NCBI RefSeq assembly: GCF_009914755.1 | Contig: NC_060925.1 | Length of the DNA: 64,000 nucleotides | Origin: the human T2T-CHM13v2.0 reference genome, Homo sapiens | Direction: 5' to 3' (one strand) | Part shown: piece by piece, positions 28,709 to 43,118 of the stretch | Numbering within the stretch: the stretch's first letter is position 1 | Layout: each line of letters begins with the position of its first letter | Made by a program: the position numbers and the translations under genes | Notes under the pieces: model-generated | Told to the model about the DNA's origin: nothing | Databases searched by the model: none | What the model saw: the letters and a program-made list of their open reading frames with translations, nothing else

Positions 28709-30422
28709 TATATGTAGTATTTGCTGCCAAAGGGTCTGAGAGAATTGGGGCCCCCTTCCCGCCCTCTGCCCCCACACCTGCCAGCTTCCACACCCACTAT
28801 GTGCACTCCATTAACAGACACTTTGCCAGGCTCATGGGCAGACATCATTCTGCTGGATCAAAGCAATTGTTAGTAGACAGTATTTTTAGCAAGGTGGTGT
28901 CACAGTGCCTGGATTAATTGCAATTAATTATATGTCACTCCTTTAAGGTTTATTTCATCAATTATGGACAATCACGGCCATGTGCCTTGCTTGCTTTAAC
29001 CCTTGGTGACTTGAATTTCTTGGCACAGAGGAGGCTGTAACCATGGAAAAGGCTGAATATCAGAATATATTTGCTACTGAGTCACTGTGTCCTGGATGTC
29101 AGTTTAGGGCTTTCCTGTTTACAAAGCATTTTCTTGCACAGTTTCCTATTTGATGCTGGGAGGTAGAGAGGACCACTCCTAACCCACAGATGGAAAAACT
29201 AAGGCTGGGAGGATTTAAGCAATTACCCAAAGCCATACAGTTAGGAAACCCCACTCTTCTAACACAGGGTTGCCAAAACATTTCCAAGTCTTCTGTATAG
29301 ACTGATGAGTGTGACCCTCTGGCATCAGTGGTCAGATAGCCCCATGGCCAGGCATGGGGACAGGATCTGAGGGCGTCTGGAGGCAGACTTGCCAGGGAGG
29401 AGCCAAAGGCACCTGACGCATGTCTGCCAGGCAGAGCAGCCCTTACCTTGAGCATTTCAAGTGGCCCTAATGTCAAGAAACTCCAAGAAGAATGTGTCCG
29501 TGCCAGAAAAATATGCAAACAAGGACACCCAGCACCTTCCTTCTTTGAGTGTTGAGCAGCCGGAAGAGCAGCCAGAAGGTACCTCGTACAAGTGAGGAGA
29601 TGGTAGGACTCCCACAGTACCCCTGGGTCCCTCTTGCTGTTGTAATAGGAGGAGCCAGAGGAACACCCCACCTGATACTCGACTGGCCTTAATTTGGGCT
29701 CCTGCCCCCCGTCTATTTTGCCCTGCACCGGTTACAGAATATTAGTTCTAAACAGATCTCTGAGCTCCCCTAGTCCAAAGCCTCGTTTTACAGATGGAGA
29801 GACTGAGACCCCAAGCAGGGAATGCCCCATCTCCGACTCCACTTGCCAGGGCAGAGCTGAGCAGGGACGTGGGCCTCCCCTCCTGTGGGTTCTTGCTGAC
29901 TGTGGCTGGGAGTCTCAGCTGGGAACTGGGGTGCTGTCTGGAGCGTTTCTCTCACGGGAAAGTTTGCTGCGTCTTTTCTTCCATCCCTCTTTCTTACCTC
30001 CACCCTTGTCTCACTCTCCTCACCCACATTTCATCCCTCTCGCACTATTCCTGTTTTCCGGGACCAGGCTTTAAGATTGTCAGCTAAAGGGGCTAGGTCT
30101 GAAGGAAACTCGGCTGGAGCCCGAGAGCCGCTGCCCCTGGGCTCCCTCTGAGTGGCCCCTCCAGGCTCAGGGCTGCTTCATGGCACAGTCGGGGTCCTTT
30201 CTGTCTCTCTGCTCCATCACCTCACAGAGGACTTGGCACACAGTAGGCACTCAATAAATACTTGATGAATGAATGAAGGGATGCTACCCTATGGCCTGTT
30301 CCCAAGAAGAGGAGAATCGTGCAAAATCACTTCCCTGCAGGCCCCATCATCTAGGTGGGGAACAACACTTCCAATTGTGGGGAGAACTCCATCAACTTTT
30401 GTTTCCTCGTTCCACTGACTAA

Positions 30423-30798
<376 letters not shown>

Positions 30799-31719
30799 TA
30801 TCTACATGTAACAGCTGTGATCAAAGACCTAGGAAAACAGCCAACCCAGCCAACTCCTCCTCCTGGTTCCTCACCCTGGAGGAGCTCTGGGCCCGAGAGC
30901 ACAGAAGCTAGGAAGGCAGCAGAACGAGTGATGCTTATGGGGGAAAACCTGGCTTTCCACCCACAGCTGTTTCAAGGCGTCCTGCAGAAGTGGGTCTGGG
31001 GGTCCCTGGGCAGGAAGAGCCAGTCTGGGGCTCCCAGGCATCCACTGCCGGTGATGACACACTGAGCTATCAAAGCTTGGGTCAGAGCAAAGGAAAAAGC
31101 TCACACCAGCCAAATGCACAGACATCTCACAGATGTCACGGGCTACCAGGTGGCAACCCCGAAGCAGCTGCCTCTTGTCACGTGGGGGCCAGGTGGGTGG
31201 GGATTTTGGCCCAAGGGGGTGAACTGTCTCACTGAAGAGACACAGCTGGGCCCAGCCAGGGCTGTGTGCCGTGGGGAGCCAGGTGTGCTGAGGTCAGCGG
31301 GGAGGAAGGCGCTCTCGCAGGGCTGGAAGAGGAGAAGCCAGGCAGGCCTGAATTACGAGGGCAGGAGTGCACATGCTTCCTGGAGGACTCACCCCTCTCC
31401 CTCCAGCTGCCACCAGCTGCTGACCACAGTGGGACAGCCAGCTGACAGGGGTCAGGCGGCCAGAGGTGGATGGACAAGTACAGAACAGAGAGTGTGGGGG
31501 CCAAACAGGAAGGCGGCCACGGGTGTGGAGAACGTCAGGGCTAAGACAGACCTTAGAGTCTTCGCATCTTACAGGTCAGGACCCTGAGGCCTCGACTTGG
31601 CCAAAGTCACCCAGCTGCTAGATCCAGATCTAGAATTTAGAGCTAGAGCCTAGCTCCTTCCCCTACTCCCGGGCTCCTTCTGCTATACCATGTAGATTCC
31701 ATAGCAAGTAATTTAAGAC

Positions 31720-32250
31720 ACAAATCGTGCCATCCCACTCCTTAAATCCCTTCTGCGGCTCCCCACAGCCTCTGGGATGAAGGCAGACCCCCTAAGCAAG
31801 GCATGATCTGACCCCTGCCTGCCTCTACAGCCCCATATCTCATACTCACACCATAAATTCTAGCCATACCGAGTTGCTCACACTCCTTCAAAATGCACTA
31901 AGCTTTCGTTTCCCTCAACCTTTCCATGTGCTTGCTGGGCCGGGAACAACCTCCCTGCCTTAGCCTTTCCCGTTCCCAGTCAACCTTCAGGACCGGCTCC
32001 GTTCTCTCCACTCCCACCACCCTACCCTCCAGAGCTGCCTCCGCCTCTGCGCTTCCTCCACCCTGTCCCTTCAGGCCTCTTCGGGAGACAATTCTAAGTG
32101 CGTTGAGCATCTGCTTACCAGGCTGTGAGCTCTTTGAGTGTGGGAACCAAGTCTTTGTCATCTTTCTGTTTCTCCCCCACCCCCAGCACCTTGCATAGTG
32201 CCTGGAATGTGAGAAAAACTCCATTAATGTTTGTGGAATTAATTATCAAA
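31720..32250 (+). mobile_element. L2 fragment
   Basis: cttaaatcccttc...tgacccctgcct...gcatagtgcctgg...aatgtttgtggaat. Confidence 0.65.
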
Positions 32251-34679
32251 TTAAGGAGTGAATGAAGCCTGGGCAGCTTTGACAGTACCTTGTTTCTCCC
32301 GAAGCTACTTTACCTACAGAAGGGCCAGTGCCACTCAGGACATCTCTAACCGCTGATCTGCCTTCTGCTCTCCCTCCCTCCCCATGTTGGAGGGCAGTCG
32401 GGTCACTCCATGGGAAAAACAGCAACTGAGATACAGGGGACCCAAGTAACACTCCCAGTTGTGGTGCTGACACAGGTCGCTGTGTAGCGATGGCAAAGCA
32501 GCTGAGATGGTGACTGAGTTCACTTATCCATGAAATGAGTGCATAACCACGTGCCCGCCACCATCGAGTGACCTGCGATCTGCAGACCTCAGGAAGCAGG
32601 GCGCAGTTGTGCTCCCTCCACCCCCATCACTGCTCCAAGGCTCTGCGTACCTACACCAGAAGGGGAACAGATCCCATAGCCCAAAGGAGCACTGAGCCTC
32701 CAGGAGACCCTTTGGAGGCTCTGGTAATGTGATTTTAGAGACCATCTGTCTTCCAAATTCTGTTTTCCCTGTACAAAATACAAACAAGATACGACACCTG
32801 ATTTACATCCCCTAAGCACCACCAGCTGATAGGGAGGAAAGGTCCCCATGCAGTGAGACAGCAGCAGGGACGAACGTGACCTGGGTTTGGAAAAGACACT
32901 ACAGGCAATCCACAAAGTGGATAATCCACACCTGGCTGACGAAGGTTTGGCCCAGGCACAGAGAGTGCTCCACAGTGAGTGAGGGTTGCTGGACTCAGAC
33001 CCCCGCTCAGCTCTCACTCGACAAGGCTGAGGACCTCGCCTGGGGCAGACTCGGCCACAGAGCATCTGAGCCTTTCTAAAGCAGTCCTCAGCCACCCCCA
33101 AGAGCCCTTCTGGGGGCCCTGGCCACTGGTGGAAGTGTTTTGAATGATGGAGTGCAGAGACAAACACAGACGGGACAAGGTGCCAGGAGCCACATACCAG
33201 AGCTGCTTCTCAGAGCTGCAAATGGCTCTCAGATGACACCCCAGCTGCTAGCTCCTTGCCAGGGGCAGGGTGCGCAGAGAGGCCTGCAGAGCAGGGGCTA
33301 GGTCACAGAGCTGGGGGGAGGGGCACAGGGAGTCAGGGATTTCTAAGACTCAGACTGGGAACCTAGCAGGAAAGGCACTGGAAATTGTACTTACTCCATT
33401 TGGTTTGTCTATTTGTCTCTTGCAATTTATCTAGTATTTCCTAAAAGGTCACTGGGTGGTGATTTCAATAATGTAAAATTTGTAGAGATGCTCTAAAAGA
33501 AACGTACAAATTTCACAGGTTTACACTGGCTTAAAAGCAATATATTTTATTAAAAGTGTCTATTCTAAGTGCACTTTGGATAGGATTTGGAGACTGATTG
33601 GTTAGAGATTCAAAAGGCCTTGTGCTATTAAAAGATCCACTGTGTTTTTGGGGTGGTAAAAAGAAATAGAAATCAAAGCATTTGCAAAGGTATGGTTGGT
33701 GGATGGAGAAAAAGCGGCGTGTGAGATCACAAAATCCTTTGTCACCTCACAGTCCCCGAAGCAGGGAGCTGGGAAAGAAAGATGCTTATTACAAGCAGAG
33801 GGCCAGGTTTCCTGCAAAGGCTTCCGTGTCCCAAAATCTCACAAGCCGCTTCTCACTTTCCTCTCACCGCTCCTCATTAACTGAAGCCAATCCTTGTCAT
33901 TCAAAGGAAAATAAACAGGGAGCAACTGCCTGCAGAGACAAAGAGTCCTCATATCGGGACAAAACGGCTTCTCCAAGCAGACACCTTTTCCCTCAGCCCC
34001 AGTCAGAATTCTCTATTTCTTTCCAAACAGCAGAGCCATTTCCTTCCTGTCAGCCCAGTGATGCACAACTTCCTGTCAGGACAGCTGAGGAATCTGGAGA
34101 AATGTGTCTTCCCTCACAGCCTCTGCTCAGGTTTGCAGGGCCTCAGACAGTACCAGGGAGCAGAGTGGAGAGCTCCAAAGAAGCAGCCCCTCCCACGCCT
34201 CTGCCCCCACCAACGCCCTCCCCGGATCCCCCAGGTCAGGCCACCGAATCCAGACTGAGTGTGTGCACCGCACCCTGCCATCTTAGGCTTCTGTCTCCCA
34301 GAAGCCTTTGTGGGAACCAGCATTTCCATTCCCAAAGCCACCAGGTGGAGACCAGGGGCAGGCCTGCCCCTGCGGGGTCAGGCCCCGGCCTAATCAGGAC
34401 CCTGGGGCCTGTCAGAAAGACTGAGGCCTGCCCTAGGGCTGCAGAGATGGTGAGGGCGCAAGGGAGGGGCTTTTCCGGGTAAAGATGGGCCGCTGACAGC
34501 CCCCTTAGGTCAGCACTCTGGCAAACCCACTGTGGTATAAAAATAAAAACCTCAGTCCCACAGACTCCACATTAAATGGAGTGAGAGGCAGGGAGATGAA
34601 CACTGAAATAATCACCTCCATTTAGTAAGCGCTCTCCACGTGTCTGCATTCTTCCTTTAATCCCCAACAAACCCTGGGA

Positions 34680-34855
34680 CAGTGGTTCCCAAACTTTGCG
34701 GCACATTAGTATCACCCAGGGAGCTTTTTAAAATCCCCACACCCAGGTTGCACCTCAGGGCGGTGACATCAGGTCAGAAGCTGGGAGCCAGGCATCAGCA
34801 TTTTTTTAAAGATCCCCAGGGGATTCCAAAATGAAGCCAAGTTAGGGGACCACTG
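34680..34855. mobile_element. MER5A-type hAT-Charlie MITE nested in a MIR
   Basis: TIRs cagtggttcccaaactt / aagttaggggaccactg. Confidence 0.85.
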
Positions 34856-36169
34856 AGCAAGGCACTGTTCGTACCTGTTTTATTAATAAGGAGATTGAAA
34901 CTCAGAGAGGTTAAGTCGCTTGCCTAAAGCCACACAGCTTCTAAGCAATAGAATTAGGCTTCTGGTTCATGCCTGTTATTCCATCACAGAGCCCCCCTCA
35001 CTCCAAACTTTCTGCAGAAAGTTGTTCAGCTCTATCTACCAGGTATTGTCTCCCTACTACATCCCCATCCCCGAATGAGAGCACCTGCAGACATCTTTGC
35101 TTGCTAGCAGGAGTAAGGATGAGATGTGCGAGCCGAAGGGGCTGTGCAGGGCTGGGGAGAGCGGGCTGAGTGTGTGCAGATGGCCTATTGGGAGGTCATG
35201 GGATCGGCAGGTTCTGCTCCTTCCTCATCTGACAATGCCATTTAAGTTCTCTCCAGAGCAAAGCCTTGGCCTGGCCTAAGAGGATGGCCAGGTGTGAGGG
35301 AAACGCACGCGAGAGTGTAGCCACGTGGGTGAGCGAGGGCACGACAGAGGTGGTGAGGATGGCACACAGCCTGGAGAGGGCGAGCCCAGGGTAAGGGGTG
35401 AGGGGAGACCCCCGGGAGTGCTCCAAACCAGAACCTTGGGGGATTGACCCACTTCTTGCTGCCTGTGTGACTTGCAGCAAATCACTTCCAGTCACTGGGC
35501 CTCAGATCCCCTCTTTGCCCTGCAATGGGGTGGGACCCTATGGTCCAGAGGGTTCTCCCACCCTGGCCTCCACAGTGATCATGGCGGCCCCCTTCTTGGG
35601 TGTGAGCAGGTGCGGGTGTGGGAGCAGCTGTGGCCTCATCCCAGGCAGGGTCCACACACAGTTCAGGCACCCACAGAGCCCTGGCTCTCAGAGCTGTCTG
35701 GCCAAGACAGGGAGGCCAGTGCACCTATTGAACATACAGGCCGAGGAGAGGGGCCCTGGGGCAGCACCCCACACTTGACCTTCCTGAGTGTCCCAGCCAT
35801 GACCTCCTGAGCTTCACATCACCTGGTCGCACCCCAAAAGTGGGGCAGAAGGGGGCTATAAGCAACTGGGATTTAAAGCCCCTACCCCTCACCCCAGCCC
35901 ACTGACCTGCAGCCTCCACTGGCTGCTTCCCTAAGTGCCAGACAGAATCTGGTTTCCCTCCTGTGGCTCATTCAGGGACCCCCCCCCCCACCACCTCCTC
36001 TGTGAGCTTTCCCCGGCCCTCCCTGACATAATTAAATGCTCAGTGCTACTTCTGTGCCTGGTTCCAACCTCTCCCCTTGCATATATTACACTACACTGTG
36101 CTCACCATCTGTTTACACTGCTGTTACCATCAGGGCCTCAAGGGAAGAGTCCGGTTTGACTCAACAGAG

Positions 36170-36410
36170 GCAGCAAAGCATCACGGTCTGCAGAAGGGGC
36201 TTTGGAGTCCGAAGACCTCACTTAGAGCCCCACTTTACCACTTCCTCGCCATGTGACCAAGCCTCAACTTACTCATCTATAAAATGGGGCAGTAAGAGTA
36301 GTGACCTCATAAAGTTGTCATACACATTACATGAGATGACACGTGTAAATAAGTGGCTTAGCGAAGGACCTGACACTTATAATAGGAGCTCAATAAATGA
36401 CAGCTATGAG
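36170..36410 (-). mobile_element. MIR
   Basis: gggctttggagtc...ctcatctataaaatgggg...ctcaataaatgacagct. Confidence 0.75.
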
Positions 36411-36802
36411 TGCCTTCATATCTCTGACACCTAGGGCCTAGCACAAGCCCAGCCCATAGACATAGATGCTGAAGAAGTATGTTGAAATAAGCTGAACCCC
36501 AGCCTGTTTGTAGCCTTGACGGTCTGCTTGGCCTCTCCAGGAGCTAGATATGGTCCCTGCCCCTCCCACCTCCCAACCAGGGCTGGCTCCCTGCATCCAT
36601 CCACCCTGCAGAACAGTTCCCCTCCCCAGAACAAGAAGCTGCCCCATCCAGGTTCTAGACAAAAAAGCCAGCTGCCTGGCTCTCCACAGCTGGTTCCCAG
36701 CGTCCCTTCAGCTTGAGAGCCCACATCCCCGGGCTTCCAGGCAGCACCCACTGAGCTCAAGCCTCAAGTATCCTCAGTCCCAGCCTCAGCCCTCATCAAA
36801 TA

Positions 36803-36912
36803 TTTTTTTTAATAGAGATGGGGTCTGGCTATGTTGTCCTGGCCTCAAGCAAGTCTCCCACCTCGGCCTCCCAAAGTGCAGGGATTACAAGTGTGAGCCA
36901 CTGCGCCCGGCC
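36803..36912 (-). mobile_element. Alu monomer (FLAM-like)
   Basis: Single left-arm-like unit. Confidence 0.85.
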
Positions 36913-37897
36913 CCTCATCAAATCTGAAGTCCCAAGGTTAGCGAGTATGCAGGGAGGCTGGGAGAGAAAAGCAAGAGGCCCCTTACAGCAGAGGCTGAAA
37001 CCTTTTAAAGCAACAGTGAGAAACGCTGAGAGAGAAACCAGGCGGGGTAGGTGGGGAGTTCTCTCCCGGAGACTCCTTCTCACCCTTGCTTCCCACAGAA
37101 CCCAAGAAAAAGGCACTTGGCAATAGTTACAATTCCAGACGGCACTTAACGAAGTCCAATGCCTCAGCAAGACAGACGTTTGGAGAAATAATGACCCAGG
37201 GGACTTTCAGGGAAGGCTGTCTGGACATGGAGGGGCGGCTGTGAGATTTAATGAAGCCAGTTCTACACAAGAGTCCAGCACAGGGTGCGGTGCCCCTGCC
37301 TCGGTGACTGCCCCGAAAGTAGGAGGGGGGGCTGCACAGCCAGGCCACAAAGGGCAGACACCAGGCCAGCAGGGGAAGGCCAAAGAACACACCCTCGGGA
37401 CCAGCAGGGGCTTGCAGAAGGGGACTCCACCCAAGGGAGCAAATGAATGTCCCCCGTTACACACAGATCTGGGCAGACGCCCTCACCCTCACTCCTTCCC
37501 CTCCCCAACCCTCCTCCAGCCCCTCCATTATGCAAATCAAGTGACTACACAGATTTGCATAATTCATGCATTATTAGTACGCGTTCTTGTCAGGCTTTTA
37601 GACTTTATAAAGCAATTTTGCTACCTTTAATGGAGAGTAAGAGACAAGGTTCTAGAGAGAGATTTTCTGTCCTTCTTTCATTAGACACGAAAACAGTCTC
37701 TAAATCTTAAGCCAGGGAGAGAGTCAGACAGAAATGAAGTGACTTAGAGTTGGAAACATGACCAAACACCTCGTTGACACTTGGTGTCAAAGGCCTGGGT
37801 GCCGGGCACCGCGCCGGTCACACATCCTGTCAGGCCTCTCAGGCACTCAGACCATGGAGTAGTCCCCAGTGGGGCAGATGTTATTATTGGGAAGTCA

Positions 37898-38386
<489 letters not shown>

Positions 38387-39317
38387 TCACCTAAGATCAA
38401 ATCTAGGCTCTCTGTATTTTTTCCACTACACCAGGGACGGCAAACCCCTTGCCACTCTTCCATTTCCCCTGCCCAAGATAGACCTCATGAATCAATCAGG
38501 GCACTCTTCCCATTGAGCTCAGACAACACCTCAGAATCCTTCCCAACACAGTCCTCCTGGAAGCTGGTACCAATTGTTTCAACTTGACACCCAGATAAAA
38601 CCTATTTGCTGTTCCTGCACTGTATCCTGCCAACTCCTCAGCATCCAGCCAACACTGTGACAGTGCCACCAGTTTCTGGGAAGTGCCTGTGGGCTAAGCT
38701 TAGCCTGGCTGCTCAGCCCCAGGAGCCCCAGACAGCCACCATCAGCCAGCTCACCGGCTCCAAATGGAACCAGATGCACCTGCATTTGGGAGCAGATCAG
38801 GGAGAGTGACTCCTACACCCCCGGGCCCAAGAGGTCTCTGCTTTTCTCACTGCGGGGGCCCCACTACCCAGGACCACTGAGGCCACCTTGACTAATGCAC
38901 ACCTGCTTCCCACACAGCAGGAGCCAAAGGTGTCTGCTTCTGCAACGGACGCAGCATTGCTGTGTGGCATGGGGCCCTGCAAGGGGTTCAGTCAGGGAAG
39001 GGGCCACATGACCAGAGCACCCCCGCAAACACACACACACACTTCCCTAGGGCCGTGCCCCAGCCAGTCCCAAGGGCACACGTCCTTCCCTTGTACACAT
39101 GCGGAGCCTCCTCCTCTAGACAGATCCTTCTGCATGGGCCCCTTCCACAACCCTGCAAGGAAACTTGTTTAGTAAATAATAGTAATAAAACCCTAAAAGT
39201 GCTCATTTTGATCCTCAGGCACATGCTTGTTGTCCAGGCTAGAGAAATGTGAATCCTGCCTTCCCCAACGCCCTACCAGCCCCCAAGCCCATAGGGCAGC
39301 CCTGGCTCCTTTCCTAC

Positions 39318-41563
39318 CCTTGTCAAGAGGCCAGTCCCCTTTGGAAGATGGCAAGCAGCCTGCCGGTCCAAAAGAGTGGGGTGGCACAGCACCCACACCA
39401 GCCAACACCAGCTGGCAGCGGCTGCCCTGGCTGGGGGGCTTTCCTTCTGGAACCCATCAGCGCTGGCTTCCTGCCAGGCCCAAGGGAGATGAAGTACACC
39501 CTCTTCCTGACCACGTCTAAAGGGCCTAGACGATGCCTCTCCCAGCCAGAACCCACAGCAGTTACCTCCACTCTCTTGCCTTACCCTTACTTCACAGTGT
39601 GGCACCCTCCCCTTCCTGGTCTCCTGAGCCCCAAATCCATGCTGCTATTGCAATCATCAATGGGCTTATTCTCCAAATCATCGCTGGCTTCTTCTGCCAG
39701 GCCTTGCTGAGTTCCTTCCTGATATTTACAGCCCCCGAGGCTCCTTTCTGGAGGACGATTAGGCAGCAGCATACTGAGGGGGAGCCAGGAGCGTCTGCCC
39801 CCCGGGAGGAGGAGTGTTTTATCACTGACCTTGTTTAGAAGTGCCGGTACACGGCAATAACAAAAACCAGACTTTTTGTTGGCTTTATTTATTTTTCTAT
39901 ATCCTCTACAGACAGTGTACCCCTCATTGTCTGCACCGGGAGCCGATTGCTCCCCTGCCCCTTGGTACCCTACTGCCATTGGGTGTCTGCAGCCAGTTTC
40001 CATGGGGCTGGGTCAGATTTCAGATGAACGAGTGAAAGAATACACAAAATTGAGCAGAGAAAGCACTGGCTCCAGAAGCTCCACTTCTCGCTGTACTCCA
40101 CAGTTGGGGTAATCAAGGCCTTTGGGGACTGCCCTCTAGGGATTTACTGTGCTTACTAGAGGAGGAATGAAGGTTTATTCAGCACTCTCAGGCCCTGGTG
40201 CTGTGTATCCATCTAGACCTATCACTATGTTGTGAGGTAGGCATTAGAGCGGCCCCCAAGGCCAACCTCCCATCGCCACCACCCACACATGGATGTGACC
40301 AAAGCAGGCGGACTCGGAGTCTTCCTGCTAGTAAGCGGCAGAGCCAGGAGTTGAGCCGGCTCCGCCTGACCCCTCACCCCCCTCCCTGAGCCCTGGGCTC
40401 CTCCCAGGCCTGCCTCCCTGAATCCTGTCTGCCCCCTCCCCTGCCTGCCCTCACTTGTCCGCCAAGCATCTACCAGGGCCCCTGTGTGCCAGGCACGTGC
40501 TGCTGCTTTCACATCCCTCATCTCCTGGAACCCTCCTCACTACCCCCCCCTGCCCTCGGGGAGCCTGCACATCTCTCCAGGCCACACCGAGAGGGAAGGG
40601 GCAGAGCCAGCGTGAATATCAGGTCACTGGCCCCAGATCCAGGGCTCTTTCCTCTCTGGAGCCTGAGCTGGGCCGGCACCCAGCTGGATCCCTGGGCAGA
40701 GGCCCAGCCAGCCAATGGGAAATGCCATCACGGAGGAAGGCACCGAGGACCACGGGGAGTCACCAATGACACAAGCAAAGCCAGAGGCTGGGCTGGCCAT
40801 GCTGACCCAAGACCCCGCTCTCCTGATGCCACACTGGGGTTGCCTGCAGGGAGGCTGGTGTCTTGAAAAGTTGACTCTGAGATAGATATTATAGTAAGGG
40901 TCATTTATGTGAACCACATGATTAGAAGACCCTAGATTTCTTCTGAATATCCTAGGATTTTCCCCAGCCCCTCAAAGCCAACACGCCCAAGATAGAATTC
41001 ACCATTCCAACTGCTTCCCAAGTCTTCAACTCCTTTAAAGGCAAGGAGGTCTTGCCTCTCCCCACCCATCAAGTCAAGTCCATCATCATATCTTGACAAT
41101 TAAAAACAGCGGCCATTTATTGAGCTAAGAACATGACACCTGCGTAATTACACCTGTGTGATGCCCTTACAGCCACCCGTGGGCCAAGCATCATAATGCC
41201 CACTTTACAAACACAGACACTGAAGTTCAGGGAGACCAGGCAACTTGCCCAACTGCACAGCCAGTCACTCCCCCAGCTCCGACACGAACCCGAGAGTAGC
41301 CGGCTGCAGCACGCTGCTGCTGTCCTCCATACCTACTCCTCCCAAATCTCTGAAAACGAGCAGGAAGAGGGTGTATTCCACCTCCTTTGGGCCTGGCCAG
41401 AAGCCAGCGCTGATGAGTTCCAGAAGGAGGCCTCCCCCCCTCCCCAGCCAGAGTGGCTGGTGCCGGCTGGTGTGGGCACCGTGCCATCCTGTTCTCTGGG
41501 ACCAGAAGGCTGCCTGATGCTCGCTGCTTGTCATTCTCCAAGAAAAGGCTGGGCTTTGAGCAG
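39318..41563. repeat. Inverted duplication: arms about 39318-39509 and 41361-41563
   Basis: 39442-39509 and 41361-41428 are reverse complements at 61/68 positions, with weaker similarity extending about 125 bp outward. Confidence 0.9.
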
Positions 41564-43118
41564 AGCAATGTGGCGAGTGGGCCACGACAGTCACTTCGAG
41601 CCTCACACACAACTCAGATACCCAGGATGGAGAAAGGTGAAGCCTGACAAGCTGCCTGCCTCCCCAGACCTCCCCCCATATCTTCCCTTCCCACTGCCCC
41701 GAGCTGGGTTCAAGCCTTCATTCCTCCTTTTCACAACTATCGCAGTAACACTGCTTCCAGCTTCCTCTCTCTATAACCCATCCTCCATGCTGTGGCTGGA
41801 GCACACCACTGCCCTGCTCACATACCTTCCACTGTTCCCTGTGCCTTTAGACAAAAGTGCAAATTCATCAGCCTAGTTCGTGAAGCCCCCACTACTCCAC
41901 CAGCTTCACGGGCAGGGGGCTCCATGTCCCTCTCCAGTCTTCTCTTCCCAGAACTTCTAGGAAAACCTACCTCTCCAGCCCTCCCTAAGAACACATGGCA
42001 CTCTCCAACTTTGAGCCTCTGCCCCTACTGTTGCCTCGGCTCAGAACACGCATTCCCTTTTGCCTCATGAAGCCCTACCTTCCTTCAAAACCCAGCTCAA
42101 CCCCTACTTCTTCTAAGAAGCCTCCAAACATTAATATCCGCGGCAGGCCCTTAACGGGATGCAGAGCCTCTCTACCGCACTTAGCACAGTCTGCCTTGCC
42201 TCAGAGTTACGGCAGCCCGAACACCCCCTCAGCCTCATCCATCTCTGTGTCCCCCAACGTCCCCGGGGCCAGTGCCTGCCACAGAATGGGCATCAGTGAA
42301 AGTTTGCCGAGTAGAATGTTCTCAGAGCTTCAATATATTGGTACAGACCTTTCCCCGACAGCAAACCCCATCTTTTCCTGGGGCTGGTCCTGAGCTCAGA
42401 ACAAATGTTTGCTTCCCGAGGTGGCCACTGGGGAATCCTGGCCCACTCACCTCAAGAGGATTCTAGCGATGCCTGGGCTGGCACACTTAGCTGTTTCTCC
42501 CCCTGCCAGGAAATCTGCCACTCAACCAGCTCTGTCTCCCACTCACACAGCACAGAAATAATAGCCCTGCATTTTCCTGCAAATTCCATCTTCCCCAAAT
42601 GGAGACTAGCTCCACCTGTTCAAGGAAACACAAGCAAGAAGCAAGATGGAGCAGGCCTGGGAGAACAGCCATGTGGCCTCGCAGGGGCCAATGGGGGTTC
42701 CTGGGCAATGCCCCCCAAGGCTATTATTCAGTGCTGGACTAGAAAGCGGATTGGCCTGCTGCCTCCCTTTGCCGGCACATCACAGCTGACTAAGCATGCT
42801 TCCCATCCGGGTTCCCACTCAGTCCACACCACAGCCCCATTACTGTGTAGACACCACTGCCCCACTCAAGACAAGATTTCCAAGGATGAAAAGACATGGA
42901 GACTAGAAACTAAGGAAAAACTTCACTGAGGCATGAGGAGTCAGGACTTGAATTCAGGTCTGCTGACTCCTGGACCAGGCTGCTTGATGACAGAGGCAGC
43001 CCCCTTGGGAAAGGGTGAGGGAACGAGAGGACCTGGAAGGGCAGGCTGCAGTTAGAAATGCAGGCTCCATTTTCGCATTCATCCTCATAACAAGCTGGTG
43101 AGAATGAGTCATCGAAAG

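Noticed and set aside
34336-34353. CTCF-like CCACCAGGTGGAG
   Set aside because: Mismatch at a core position, and several similar partial matches exist; not supportable without ChIP data.
33682-34482. 266-aa ORF
   Set aside because: TTG start, low-complexity S/P-rich product, no homology recognised, no supporting gene structure.
41196-41876. 226-aa ORF and the similar peptides at 39.3 and 41.3 kb as paralogous exons
   Set aside because: The similarity comes from the DNA-level inverted duplication; indels outside the core break the frame, and the ORF starts in MIR-like sequence.
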